From positions 1 to 64,000 of the forward strand of contig JANRJA010000056.1 in NCBI GenBank assembly GCA_033764315.1: DNA of 64,000 nucleotides, written 5' to 3'. A program made the translations under genes and the position numbers. The DNA is from Oculatellaceae cyanobacterium bins.114 (GTDB lineage Bacteria > Cyanobacteriota > Cyanobacteriia > Elainellales > Elainellaceae). This document shows positions 48,511-58,474 of the stretch, one piece after another. Numbering within the stretch: the first letter of the stretch is position 1; the number at the start of each line of letters is the position of its first letter. The notes under the pieces were generated by a model. The model was not told the origin of the DNA and searched no databases. It saw nothing but the letters and a program-made list of their open reading frames with translations.

Positions 48511-49577
48511 GTTGCTTGGGCTGCCTTGACGAAAGTTGGATCAATCAATGCCTTTAAACTATCAGCCGTTGGAGCCTCAGGAATTTGATTTTGCGCTTTT
48601 AAGAACTGACCCAATGACTCCATGTGATCAACCAGATAGATATCACTGGTGGGGTCATCCAACATCTTAAGGTTGTCTTCTGCGCTGGTTAACCCAACCC
48701 CTGTTAACTCTTGCTCAACTTCTTCTGGTTTGAGTTGCAACATCTTACCCACGATCGCCAACGCTTCATCTTTATTTGTCTTTAAAAACTCGTGCGCTTT
48801 AAAGATACCTTTCACAAAAGCTTCTGTTGCTTGCGGATTTTCTTGCACAAATTGAGTACTGAAAATATAAACATCCACGATCGCCGTTGGCATTTTTGAG
48901 GTGTCGTAGATAATGCGCCCATCACTTTGAGCATTATTGGCCTGCTTTAAAAAAGGAGAATAGGTTACAGCGATATCGACATTTCCTGAGGTGTAAGCTG
49001 CCGCTGCCGCATCTGGAGTGACATTGGTAATCTCGACGTCGTCTCCGGTCAAACCTGCCTCTTGTAACACTTGGAGTAAAAAGAAATGACTCACGCTGCC
49101 AATCTCAACAGCAACTCGCCGCCCTTTAAAGTCAGCGATATCGGCAACACTACTCCGTGCCAAAATGCCATCTCCTCCCAGTGAGGTATCTGCCACTTGC
49201 ACAATCCGAAAGTCTTGCCCTTTGGCGGCAAAGGCAACGGTTTCAGAGGTAACGTTGTTAATGCTTTGAATGCGTCCTGCTGCCAATGCTGCATTCCCTT
49301 CGCCTGTAGAGCTAAACACTTTGTGCTCCAGATCCAGCCCACCTTCTTTAAAGAAGCCCTTCTCAATGGCGATATACAGTGGAGAGTAGCCAATCCAGAG
49401 CGTGCTGCCATTGGCGGCTTTAACGGGTTCGCTTGGAGATGCCTCAGCCGAAGCAGATGGAGCGGAGCCTTCAGGAGATTGCGTACAAGCATGAAGGGTT
49501 AAACCGCCTGCCACTCCCCCCATTAAATACAGTGCACGGCGACGGGTTAACCCTGGAATAATTTGACTCATACTCAC
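48507..49577 (-). CDS. ABC transporter substrate-binding lipoprotein, NMT1/SsuA/TauA-like, Tat-exported
   Basis: TRRRAL twin-Arg, lipobox LHAC, WIGYSPLYIA.EKGFF, DTS.GGDGI, D.AVTY.PF. Confidence 0.9.
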   Translation of the reverse strand: MSMSQIIPGLTRRRALYLMGGVAGGLTLHACTQSPEGSAPSASAEASPSEPVKAANGSTLWIGYSPLYIAIEKGFFKEGGLDLEHKVFSSTGEGNAALAAGRIQSINNVTSETVAFAAKGQDFRIVQVADTSLGGDGILARSSVADIADFKGRRVAVEIGSVSHFFLLQVLQEAGLTGDDVEITNVTPDAAAAAYTSGNVDIAVTYSPFLKQANNAQSDGRIIYDTSKMPTAIVDVYIFSTQFVQENPQATEAFVKGIFKAHEFLKTNKDEALAIVGKMLQLKPEEVEQELTGVGLTSAEDNLKMLDDPTSDIYLVDHMESLGQFLKAQNQIPEAPTADSLKALIDPTFVKAAQAT

Positions 49578-49639
49578 CTACTCCTACCCCTCATATAGCG
49601 AAATCTTTCGTTATCATTGATGATTCCGCTGCATGGAAA

Positions 49640-49655
49640 TGTCAATTGAGATACA
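49640..49655. promoter_or_regulatory. Putative NtcA box (TGT-N10-ACA)
   Basis: TGTCAATTGAGATACA (minus strand TGTATCTCAATTGACA) about 60 nt upstream of the SBP start; AATGAT lies 22 nt downstream on the minus strand. Confidence 0.5.
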
Positions 49656-49758
49656 TATTGTGGGTGGAGATGGCAGGAGACAAAAGGGTGTATGTGACCC
49701 GTCATCTTTGGGCAAAACGTGGCGCAGCCTCATGATTATCTTTGATGAATTCAAAGGC

Positions 49759-49956
49759 TTAAGCGATCTGATGTTCCATCCAGTCAAAGATGCGATCGAG
49801 TTGAGCTAGGGTAATCAGCCCATATTGCCAGAGGATCATCGGTAACACATTAAAGTTGCTCTCTGGATGTCGCAGTGCCAATCGAATAGAGGCAGGGGGA
49901 AGGGCCAGTTCGTGTCGCAGGAACCGAATGAGTTGAATTAATTTGGTTGCTTCCAT
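49759..49956 (-). CRISPR. NOT a CRISPR; see CDS entry with identical coordinates
   Basis: Entry retracted: no CRISPR evidence at this position. Confidence 0.
49759..49956 (-). CDS. DUF2949 family small protein
   Basis: LIRFL..EL......I..AL......LPMILWQYGLITL.QLD.IFDW. Confidence 0.9.
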   Translation of the reverse strand: MEATKLIQLIRFLRHELALPPASIRLALRHPESNFNVLPMILWQYGLITLAQLDRIFDWMEHQIA

Positions 49957-50116
49957 AACCCACCCCCTCAGGAATTGCTTGAGTGATATTCAGAGTAGAG
50001 GGAAAATCTGAGGAAGCTGTGAAGTAAAACTGAGAATTCTCGAAGAAAATGATGGTTTATTCTGCTGCTTTTAGGGTGAGCCGTTTTGTGGTGTTCCCGG
50101 CAGTGAGGTTAGAGTC

Positions 50117-50211
50117 ATACCGATTTAAATTGGGTAGATCAAAGTTCAGGAGGGGGTTGGCAGTGCCGAGCCCGTGCCAGGATCTGTCGTGTTTTCAATT
50201 CAAATTGGTAT
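50117..50211. repeat. Shell-type miniature inverted-repeat element, copy C
   Basis: ATACCGATTTAAATTG / CAATTCAAATTGGTAT ends, inner AGATC/GATCT; the right end overlaps the TGA stop of the oxidoreductase gene. Confidence 0.7.
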
Positions 50212-51707
50212 CAATATTTCGATTTTAAGGTGTTGGCACAAAGAATCCCGGATGCTGCCACGGCTGGAACACCAATCCCCGGGAGGGTGCTGTCGCCTAC
50301 CCGATATAACCCTTGAATGGGGGTGTAACAACTGGGAAACATGCCTTGATCTGCGGCAATCGCTGGCCCGTAGGTGCCCTGATGTCGCCGCAGGTAGTGA
50401 GCATGGGTGAGGGGTGTGCCGATCAATTCCAGGGTAATGCGCGATCGCACATCGGGAATCACTCGCTCCAGTGCACGAAACAAGAATTGGGCGCGATCGC
50501 GTTTGCGGTGCTCATAGGTGTCGTCTCGTTGCCACCCCTCATAGGGTTCTAGTGTGTAAGCGTGAACAACGTGATGCTCTGGAGGAGCCAAATTTGCATC
50601 CCACACTGAGGGAATGGAAATCATGCAGGTATTTCCGGGTACGGTGATGTCTTGAGTGGCATCATGCACGACCACATGATGTCCGGTTAAGTCCTCTAAA
50701 CCTTCAGCGCGAATGCCCAAGTGGAGGTGCATAAAACTGTCGATCGCTGGAGTTTGTAAAGCAGATTGGCGATCGGCAACAGCTATATCTCTTGACTGTA
50801 GTAATTGGGTGTAGGTATCCCAAACGGTTGCATTAGAGATGACCACAGGAGCCTTTAAAATTTCACCTTGACGGAGTTGCACACCCGTTGCTTTACCCTG
50901 CTCAACCAAAATCTGATCAACATGGGCATTCAGTCGCAGTGTGCCGCCCCAGCGTTGTAAGCCCCGCACCAATGCCTGGACGATCGCCCCACTGCCACCA
51001 ACCGGGTAATCAATCGTGGAATGCGATCGCTCTCCCATCATAAATGCCACTTCAGGGGCGATCGTGCCATGTGCTTTTAATCCCGATAGCAAGAAGCACT
51101 CTAGATCAATCAAGCGTCGTACCCAGCGATCGCTTACATATTGATCAACCAGTGCCCCAACTGACGATTGAATTACGCCGAGATGGGGCAGCAACTTCAA
51201 CAGTTCCAACGGATAGCGACTGAGCAACGTGGGAATCAGCGACCAATCGGCTCGCAAGGCGATCGTGGGAATGCCCCGCAATGCCTCATACAACTGCATC
51301 AATCGCTGTTCAAATTGGGCAAATTCCTCTGCTCCCGTGGGAGTCACCTGAGCGATCGCCTGACGATAGCGATCGGCATTGCCATACACCGCAAAGGTGC
51401 CTTCGGGGAAGTGGTAGTGTCCCAACGGATCGTACGCCACGGCTGAGAGGGATTCCCCTATCTCGTGCAACACCTGACACAGGGGATTGAGCGATCGCGG
51501 GTCACTTAACCCACAGTAAAATGACGGCCCTGAGTCAAAGTGAAAGCCCTGCCGCACAAAGCTGTGTGCCGCACCTCCGGCGATCGCATGGCTCTCACAC
51601 ACAATCACTTGCCAGCCATAACGAGCTAACAGAGCAGCGGTGACTAATCCCCCAATGCCACTGCCAATCACGATCGCATCAGCATTTTGTGGCGTTTTAT
51701 TTCGCAT
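50211..51707 (-). CDS. Phytoene desaturase/CrtH-like FAD-dependent oxidoreductase
   Basis: IVIGSGIGG dinucleotide fold, F..GPS, GTPLTH..YL, GDST.PGIGVPAVAASG. Confidence 0.88.
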   Translation of the reverse strand: MRNKTPQNADAIVIGSGIGGLVTAALLARYGWQVIVCESHAIAGGAAHSFVRQGFHFDSGPSFYCGLSDPRSLNPLCQVLHEIGESLSAVAYDPLGHYHFPEGTFAVYGNADRYRQAIAQVTPTGAEEFAQFEQRLMQLYEALRGIPTIALRADWSLIPTLLSRYPLELLKLLPHLGVIQSSVGALVDQYVSDRWVRRLIDLECFLLSGLKAHGTIAPEVAFMMGERSHSTIDYPVGGSGAIVQALVRGLQRWGGTLRLNAHVDQILVEQGKATGVQLRQGEILKAPVVISNATVWDTYTQLLQSRDIAVADRQSALQTPAIDSFMHLHLGIRAEGLEDLTGHHVVVHDATQDITVPGNTCMISIPSVWDANLAPPEHHVVHAYTLEPYEGWQRDDTYEHRKRDRAQFLFRALERVIPDVRSRITLELIGTPLTHAHYLRRHQGTYGPAIAADQGMFPSCYTPIQGLYRVGDSTLPGIGVPAVAASGILCANTLKSKY

Positions 51708-51768
51708 GTCTGAATAGGTTAGTCATGGGGTTGAGCGTTAATTTTTAATTTTTAGTTTTTAATTGCTA

Positions 51769-51890
51769 AGTACAACTCGTCGTAAATAGGGGTGGGAATT
51801 TGGGGTGCAGGGGTGAAACCCCTGGCCGGGGGCGCAGCCCCCACACCCCCTTGGTTTTATGTCCGAACCCTATCTGTGAAAAGCAGTACT
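51769..51890. repeat. Miniature inverted-repeat element with GNA-loop hairpins
   Basis: AGTAC/GTACT ends, inner ATAGGG/CCCTAT(CTG) stem, core GGGGT-GAA-ACCCC and GGGGGC-GCA-GCCCCC. Confidence 0.6.
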
Positions 51891-51922
51891 AAGGAATGAG
51901 AATTAAATAACATCGGCTTTGT

Positions 51923-51999
51923 GTAGGATGTGTTAGGCGTTAGCCGTAACGCATCAATCCCTCAAACCCCATGGGTTACGCTGCGCCAACCCATCCTCC
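51923..51999. repeat. GTAG-type REP doublet (REPIN-like)
   Basis: GTAGGATGTGTTAGGCGTTAGCCGTAACGCATC followed by an inverted copy ATGGGTTACGCTGCGCCAACCCATCCTCC. Confidence 0.6.
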
Positions 52000-52250
52000 G
52001 CAAGAATTTGGAGTGATTAAATTCACGATCCTTAGTCGCTAAAGCTGATTGTAGACGAGAGTTCCAACATCCCTTAAATCCTCCTCCAAGATGAATCGGC
52101 AGAGCCGCTACCCGGCATTCCCACGCTCGTGCCCTCTGCCCTCTGCCTTTCATTCTTTCAGTACAGACGTGATTTATCGCGTCTCTGGGTGCCCTCTGCC
52201 ATTTAACACGGCTTCCCTCCAACCATGAAATTTAGATAAAGGTTGAGGTT

Positions 52251-52291
52251 CTTAAAGACAGCTTCATACATTCTTCATCAAAGCTTGAGTT
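52251..52291 (+). promoter_or_regulatory. Putative Pho (SphR) box array
   Basis: CTTAAAGA/CTTCATAC/CTTCATCA/CTTGAGTT at exact 11-nt spacing (52251, 52262, 52273, 52284), followed by TAGATT at 52300. Confidence 0.55.
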
Positions 52292-52379
52292 AGCCACCGT
52301 AGATTCACTGATGGAAGTTGTTTGACCCCTGCGATCGCGTCAGAAACCAAGATCTTTATCCATCAGCATTGAGGACACT

Positions 52380-55300
52380 GTGAGCACTAATTCTATTCGT
52401 TTTGCCCAGTTCAACGCTTCCCTAAACCGGGGTAGCGCAGGTCAACTGGTGACAGATTTATCTACTCCAAGCAACGCCCAAGCTAGAACCGTTGCTGAAA
52501 TCATTCAACGCAACAATCCTGATGTTCTGCTGATTAATGAATTTGATTATGTCGAAGCCGATCCACTGGCTCCCGTTCGCCTGTTTCAACAAAATTACTT
52601 ATCGGTAAGCCAAAACGGTGCACCAACGGTCGAATATCCTTACGTTTATATTGCTCCATCCAACACAGGCGTCCCATCTGGGTTAGATCTAGACAATAAT
52701 GGTTCGGTGGGAGGCCCCAACGATGCCTTTGGATTCGGCTTCTTCCCCGGTCAGTTTGGCATGGTGCTGTTTTCTAAGTACCCAATCGACACGGCCAACG
52801 TCCGCACCTTTCAGGAATTTTTGTGGCGCGATATGCCAGGAGCACTGCTACCTGACGATCCAACCACCCCTGTTCCCCAAGATTGGTACTCGCCTACGGA
52901 ACTAGAGGCGTTTCGCTTATCCTCTAAAAGCCACTGGGATGTACCGATTCAGGTCAATGGTGAAACGATTCATGCGCTGGTCAGCCACCCTACACCACCT
53001 GTGTTTGATGGTCCTGAAGATCGCAACGGCACGCGCAACCACGACGAGATTCGGTTTTGGGCAGATTATGTAACGCCAGGGCAGGGCAGTTACATTTATG
53101 ACGACAACGGCAACCAGGGTGGATTGGCAACTGGGTCGAGCTTTGTGATTATGGGCGACCAGAACGCCGATCCCTTGGATGGCGACAGCACCGCCGATGC
53201 CATTCTGCAATTGCTCGATAACCCTTACATCAACACGAGTGTCACCCCTGAAAACCAGGGTGGGCCTGAACAGGCTACGTTGGATGGCGGCAATAATCTG
53301 TTGCACGACGGCAACCCCCGGTTTGATACGGCTGACTTTGGGGATACTGGAGCAGGCGGTCCTGGCAACCTGCGGGCAGATTATGTGTTGCCTTCTGCCA
53401 ATCTAGAGATTGCCGATGCAGAAGTATTTTGGCCTCTGACCACAGACCCCCTGTTTCGCTTGGTGGGCGATCGCCAAAACCCTGCCACGACTCCTTCCTC
53501 TGACCATAGCCTGGTCTGGGTCGATGTGGTAGTGCCCACTCGGCAAACGGTGGCGGATGTGGATTTCCTGGGAGAAGTGACATTCCCCACCAGCACCACC
53601 TTTAACGGCACACAAGTGGGTGGCTTATCGGGCATCACCTACGATGCAGCGACCAATCGTTATTACAGCATTGCCGACGATCGCAGCCAGATTAACCCAG
53701 CTCGCTTTTACACCCTGTCGATTGACTTGAGCGATGGTGAGCTTGACACTGGCGACGTTGATTTTGAGACAGTGACGACCCTGCTGAATGGCAGTGGTGT
53801 TCCATTCCCGGCGTTGAGCCTTGACCCTGAAGGCATTGGTTTGAGTACTGACGGCACCCTCTACATTTCCTCTGAGGGAGATGCTAACGCGGGGGTTGCT
53901 CCCTTCGTCAATGAATTTTCGTTGACCGGACAGCAACTCAGCACCTTACCCATTCCCAATCGCTATCTGCCCACTGCCACCAACGGTATCCGCAATAACC
54001 TGGCGTTTGAGAGCCTGACGATTTCCCCGGATGGTCGCTATCTCTACACCGCTACGGAAAATGCGCTGAAACAGGATGGCCCCGCTGCCGGATTAGACCA
54101 GGAGAGCCTGTCTCGGATTTTGAAGTATGACCTGACCACGGGGGCGTTGGTGCAGGAATATGTTTACGTCACTGAACCCGTCGCCGATCAGCCTGTTCCG
54201 GCGGGGAGTTTTAGCACCAACGGGTTGGTAGACCTGCTGGCGATCGACACCAGCGGCACGTTATTGGCACTGGAGCGATCGTTCTCCAATGGCGTCGGCA
54301 ACACGGTCAAGTTATTTGAGATCCGCACCCAGGGTGCGCTGGATGTCAGCAGCCTAGACGACCTGTTTTTTGAAGAGGGTGGAATTCCCTTTGAGATTGA
54401 CCCAGCGGTCAGCAAGCGCGAATTGTTGGACTTTGCCGATCTTGGTTTGACTCCCGACAACTTGGAAGGGATTACCTTTGGGCCTCGCTTAGCGGATGGG
54501 CGACAGTCTTTAATTGTGGTCAGTGATAATAACTTTGCGAGCACGCAGACCACCCAATTCATTGCTCTCGCACTCGATTTGGATAGCACCCCGGTTGTGT
54601 TACCAGAGGTGGAAACAGCCCCCATTTTAGATACCGATGAAGCTATCCCTCCTGGGGCGATCGCTGGTGATGGAGATGATCCGGCTATTTGGGTACATCC
54701 CACTGACCCCAGCAAAAGTTTGGTGATCACTGCCCTCAAAGATGGCGGTTTAGCTGTGTTTGATCTGGATGGAGACCTGATCCAATCCATTCTGCCTGCG
54801 GATTATGGCGATATTCGCTATAACAACGTGGATTTGACCTACGGCTTCCGAGTCGGCAGCCAATCGGTGGATCTGGCGATCGCCTCTGACCGTGAAAACG
54901 ACACTCTAGCGATTTATCAGATTGACTCCACGACTCGCCAACTTAGCGACATCACCTCTAGCAGCATTCCTGCCTCGATTTTTGGGCTTGATGATGGCGA
55001 GCAAACCGCTTATGGTCTGGCAACTTACACCAGTCCAGTGACGGGCAAATCCTATGTCTTTGTCACCCAACGCGAGGGCGATCGCATTGCTCAATTAGAA
55101 CTGACCGATGACGGCACAGGCAAAGTCAGTGCTACTGTAGTGCGCACCTTAACCGTTCCGATTCCCAGCGGTGGTGAATTGGAAGATGCTCAAACCGAGG
55201 GCATGGTGGTCGATCGGGAACTGGGCTTCCTGTATGTCGCTCAAGAAAATGTAGGCATCTGGAAGTTCTCGGCTGAACCCACCGCCAGCACTCGGGGTCG

Positions 55301-57980
55301 GTTGATCGATCGCGTTAGACCTGATGGCGATCGCCTCGAAGCCGATGCCGAAGGACTCACCATTTACTACGGAGCTAACGGCACGGGCTATTTGTTGGCA
55401 TCCAGCCAGGGAGATAGCCGCTTTGCAGCCTATACCCGTGAAGGCAACAACGACTACATTGGTGATTTTGCGGTTGGGGCTAGCAATGGCATTGACAGTG
55501 TCGAAGAGTCTGACGGAGCCGATGTGATCAACGTGCCATTGGGTCCCAACTATCCCTTTGGTTTGTTAGTGGTTCACGATGGAGCCAACGATCCACAAGT
55601 CGTTGCTGCCGATGACGAAGAACTCGAAAACATCAGCACCAACTTTAAGTTTGTGCCCTGGCAGAATGTCGCAACCGCTTTCCCAGAAGCTCTCGATATC
55701 GACCCCATCAGCTACAATCCGCGCAATCCCGTTCCCAGCACCTTGCCCAACGGCGTTGCCAGCGGCGACACGACCCAGACTTCGACCGTATTGTGGACTC
55801 GCAGCACCGTTCTCGGCAGAGTTACGTTTGAATATTCCACCGACCCCAACTTTAGACGCATCGCAGGCAGACGGACGGCAACTGTAACCGATCCACTGAA
55901 CCCGGTGAAAGTAACCTTGCAAGGGCTAACTCCGGGCACTGATTACTACTACCGTGTCACCGATGCCGCTGGTGTGAGCTTTAGTGGCGACTTTACCACC
56001 TCGGCTCGATTGGGCACTCAAACCGGTTTCCGCTTTGGGGTGTCGGGCGACTGGCGTGGTGAACTGGCTCCCTATCCTGCCATCTCTAACGCTGACGATC
56101 GCGACTTAGAGTTGTTTGTGATGCATGGTGACACCATCTACTCAGATTACGAATCACCTGTATTGCCTGGGGTAGACCAAGCCAGAACGTTAGAGGAATA
56201 CCGCCTCAAACACAGTGAAGTCTACGGCAATCGGTTGGGTGAAAATACCTTTGCCGAGTTGCGGCGCACCACCTCCATTTTGGCAACGATTGATGACCAC
56301 GAAGTGATCAACGACTTTGCCGGAGGTGCACCCGCTGCCTCTGATCCGCGCTTTGGCGAAACCAGCGGTCTGGTCAACGACACCCAGTTGTATGAAAACG
56401 GGCTGCAAGCCTTCCAGGACTACAACCCCGTGCGAAACGAGTTTTATGGCGCAACCGGAGATGCTCGTACATCTGGAGAACGCCGATTATATCGTTACAA
56501 CACATACGGCAGTGATGCGGCAACCTTCATTCTAGATGCTCGTTCCTTTAGAGATGCAGAATTGCCTGGTGTCGCAAATCCGACGGATCCGGCTCAAGTG
56601 GGGGCATTTTTGGCGGGTTCCTATAACCCCAGTCGCACGATGTTAGGGCGGCAACAAGTGGCTGACCTCAAGCGCGATCTGCTGGATGCAGAGGCAGATG
56701 GTGTCACCTGGAAATTCATCATGGTGCCAGAACCCATTCAAAACCTGGGCATTGTAGGAGCGGGCGATCGCTTTGAGGGCTACGCGGCTGAGCGTACCGA
56801 AATTTTGCGGTTTATCAATGAAAACAACATCAGCAACGTGGTGTTTGTTGCCGCCGATATTCACGGCACGTTGGTCAACAATCTGACCTATCAAGAGTCA
56901 CCCCTGGGGTCTCAAATTGCCACCAATGCCTTTGAGATTTCAACAGGTTCCGTCGCCTTTGATGCTCCCTTTGGACAAACGGTGAGTCAACTGGCTGCCG
57001 ATTTGGGCTTACTCAGTCCAGCGCAAAAGGCGTTCTACGACAGCCTCCCGATCGCCCCTGATGCCGATGCACTGCCCAACGATCGCGATGACTTTGTGCA
57101 GCAGTTGGTCAATCAACAACTATCCGCCTTTGGGTACGATCCTCTGGGTTTAAACAACAACCTGGCGATCGCCAATGGTCGAATTGACGCCACCTTGTTG
57201 CAAGGAGATTACGTCGCCTCTCACACCTACGGGTGGACAGAGTTTGACATTAACCCCACCACGCAAAAGCTCATCGTCACAACCTACGGCATTCCTGCTT
57301 ACAGTGCCGCTGATTTAGCGGCTGATCCGGGTGCTGTGCTGAGCCGAGTGCCCACGATCGTCAGTCAGTTTGAGGTCGATCCGGCTGAGGCTGCCAATAC
57401 GATCACAGGCACCAATGCTGGAGAAACCTTGAGAGGAACCGCAGGCAGCGATCGCATCTATGCTTTAGGTGGGTTCGACACGGTTGTCGGCGGCTTAGGC
57501 AACGACCTGATCTTTGGGGGCAAGGGCAAGGACGAGATTCAGGGCGATCGCAACAGCACCGCAGGTGGAGATGACATTATCTATGGTGGCTCTAATGTCG
57601 ATCGTATCAGCGGTGGTGGCGGCAACGACCGTCTGTTTGGTGAAGGCAGCAACGACATCTTGTGGGGTGAAGTGGGAGACGATCTGCTGCGAGGTGGGGC
57701 AGGCAACGACACCCTGACAGGAGACACCTCCGCCAGCGTCAACGGCATCGACACTTTTGTCCTGGCACCCGGAGAAGGCACCGACACGATTCGCGATTTC
57801 CAAATTGGCGAAGACCGAATTGGGTTAGCGGGGGGCTTAACGTTTGCTCAATTGGCGATCGCCCAACAAGGCAGTCGCACCGTCATTCGAGCTAACGATC
57901 AATCTCTAGCCGTGCTTTTAGGAGTCAATGCGGCTGACTTAATCGCCAGTGCAGCGACTTCCTTTACAGCGATCGGATAA
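52380..57980 (+). CDS. Multidomain extracellular phosphatase: EEP + phytase-like + beta-propeller phytase + PhoD + RTX
   Basis: EEP (FNASL, NEFD, GDQN, SDH); phytase-like (GGLSGI, DPEGI, DNLEG, SDNNF); phytase (DDPAIWVHP, NNVD, EGMVVD, SSQGD); PhoD (GVASGD, GDTIYSD, DDHEV); GGxGxD repeats; no signal peptide. Confidence 0.92.
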   Translation: MSTNSIRFAQFNASLNRGSAGQLVTDLSTPSNAQARTVAEIIQRNNPDVLLINEFDYVEADPLAPVRLFQQNYLSVSQNGAPTVEYPYVYIAPSNTGVPSGLDLDNNGSVGGPNDAFGFGFFPGQFGMVLFSKYPIDTANVRTFQEFLWRDMPGALLPDDPTTPVPQDWYSPTELEAFRLSSKSHWDVPIQVNGETIHALVSHPTPPVFDGPEDRNGTRNHDEIRFWADYVTPGQGSYIYDDNGNQGGLATGSSFVIMGDQNADPLDGDSTADAILQLLDNPYINTSVTPENQGGPEQATLDGGNNLLHDGNPRFDTADFGDTGAGGPGNLRADYVLPSANLEIADAEVFWPLTTDPLFRLVGDRQNPATTPSSDHSLVWVDVVVPTRQTVADVDFLGEVTFPTSTTFNGTQVGGLSGITYDAATNRYYSIADDRSQINPARFYTLSIDLSDGELDTGDVDFETVTTLLNGSGVPFPALSLDPEGIGLSTDGTLYISSEGDANAGVAPFVNEFSLTGQQLSTLPIPNRYLPTATNGIRNNLAFESLTISPDGRYLYTATENALKQDGPAAGLDQESLSRILKYDLTTGALVQEYVYVTEPVADQPVPAGSFSTNGLVDLLAIDTSGTLLALERSFSNGVGNTVKLFEIRTQGALDVSSLDDLFFEEGGIPFEIDPAVSKRELLDFADLGLTPDNLEGITFGPRLADGRQSLIVVSDNNFASTQTTQFIALALDLDSTPVVLPEVETAPILDTDEAIPPGAIAGDGDDPAIWVHPTDPSKSLVITALKDGGLAVFDLDGDLIQSILPADYGDIRYNNVDLTYGFRVGSQSVDLAIASDRENDTLAIYQIDSTTRQLSDITSSSIPASIFGLDDGEQTAYGLATYTSPVTGKSYVFVTQREGDRIAQLELTDDGTGKVSATVVRTLTVPIPSGGELEDAQTEGMVVDRELGFLYVAQENVGIWKFSAEPTASTRGRLIDRVRPDGDRLEADAEGLTIYYGANGTGYLLASSQGDSRFAAYTREGNNDYIGDFAVGASNGIDSVEESDGADVINVPLGPNYPFGLLVVHDGANDPQVVAADDEELENISTNFKFVPWQNVATAFPEALDIDPISYNPRNPVPSTLPNGVASGDTTQTSTVLWTRSTVLGRVTFEYSTDPNFRRIAGRRTATVTDPLNPVKVTLQGLTPGTDYYYRVTDAAGVSFSGDFTTSARLGTQTGFRFGVSGDWRGELAPYPAISNADDRDLELFVMHGDTIYSDYESPVLPGVDQARTLEEYRLKHSEVYGNRLGENTFAELRRTTSILATIDDHEVINDFAGGAPAASDPRFGETSGLVNDTQLYENGLQAFQDYNPVRNEFYGATGDARTSGERRLYRYNTYGSDAATFILDARSFRDAELPGVANPTDPAQVGAFLAGSYNPSRTMLGRQQVADLKRDLLDAEADGVTWKFIMVPEPIQNLGIVGAGDRFEGYAAERTEILRFINENNISNVVFVAADIHGTLVNNLTYQESPLGSQIATNAFEISTGSVAFDAPFGQTVSQLAADLGLLSPAQKAFYDSLPIAPDADALPNDRDDFVQQLVNQQLSAFGYDPLGLNNNLAIANGRIDATLLQGDYVASHTYGWTEFDINPTTQKLIVTTYGIPAYSAADLAADPGAVLSRVPTIVSQFEVDPAEAANTITGTNAGETLRGTAGSDRIYALGGFDTVVGGLGNDLIFGGKGKDEIQGDRNSTAGGDDIIYGGSNVDRISGGGGNDRLFGEGSNDILWGEVGDDLLRGGAGNDTLTGDTSASVNGIDTFVLAPGEGTDTIRDFQIGEDRIGLAGGLTFAQLAIAQQGSRTVIRANDQSLAVLLGVNAADLIASAATSFTAIG

Positions 57981-58084
57981 AGCATGAACGTGCAAGGCCA
58001 ATCCCAATTCAACCGATAACGATCACAGATCATTGGCCGATCTTCCGAACTGGGTAGAATTTCCAGGACTCTTACAAAATCATC

Positions 58085-58131
58085 AATGGGCTACAAAATT
58101 GGGGTGACTCCCAGTTGTAGCCCATTTTTTT
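58085..58131 (+). terminator. Rho-independent terminator
   Basis: AATGGGCTACAA / TTGTAGCCCATT followed by a T-run. Confidence 0.7.
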
Positions 58132-58474
58132 AAAGCCGTATAAGTAACATCGCTGAACAGAGCGATCGTCTCAAATTGCGGTCTATAAATCAGTTAAAAC
58201 CACTCGCAACTTTGGCTCACACCGCCAGAACTCACTATTTACAAGGGTTAGCGGATAGCAGTGGCACTGCTTATATCAGGGATACAGACTCTTTTTATGG
58301 GTAAAAAGATGCCTCGTACATTAGAACTTTATAAAACCCTCATTTAATTAAAAGATTGGACAAACATAGGCAATTACACTACCCGTATTCCTATTGAGGC
58401 TTCTATATTGGCTGAAGAAAGGTCACTCGACCTCAACTAACCTCAGGCTAAACACTCTAAAGGAGTCAAGGACC

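Noticed and set aside
49578..49758. Guanidine or TPP riboswitch upstream of the NMT1-like SBP
   Set aside because: No recognisable aptamer consensus or terminator by eye; an Infernal scan would be needed to exclude it formally.
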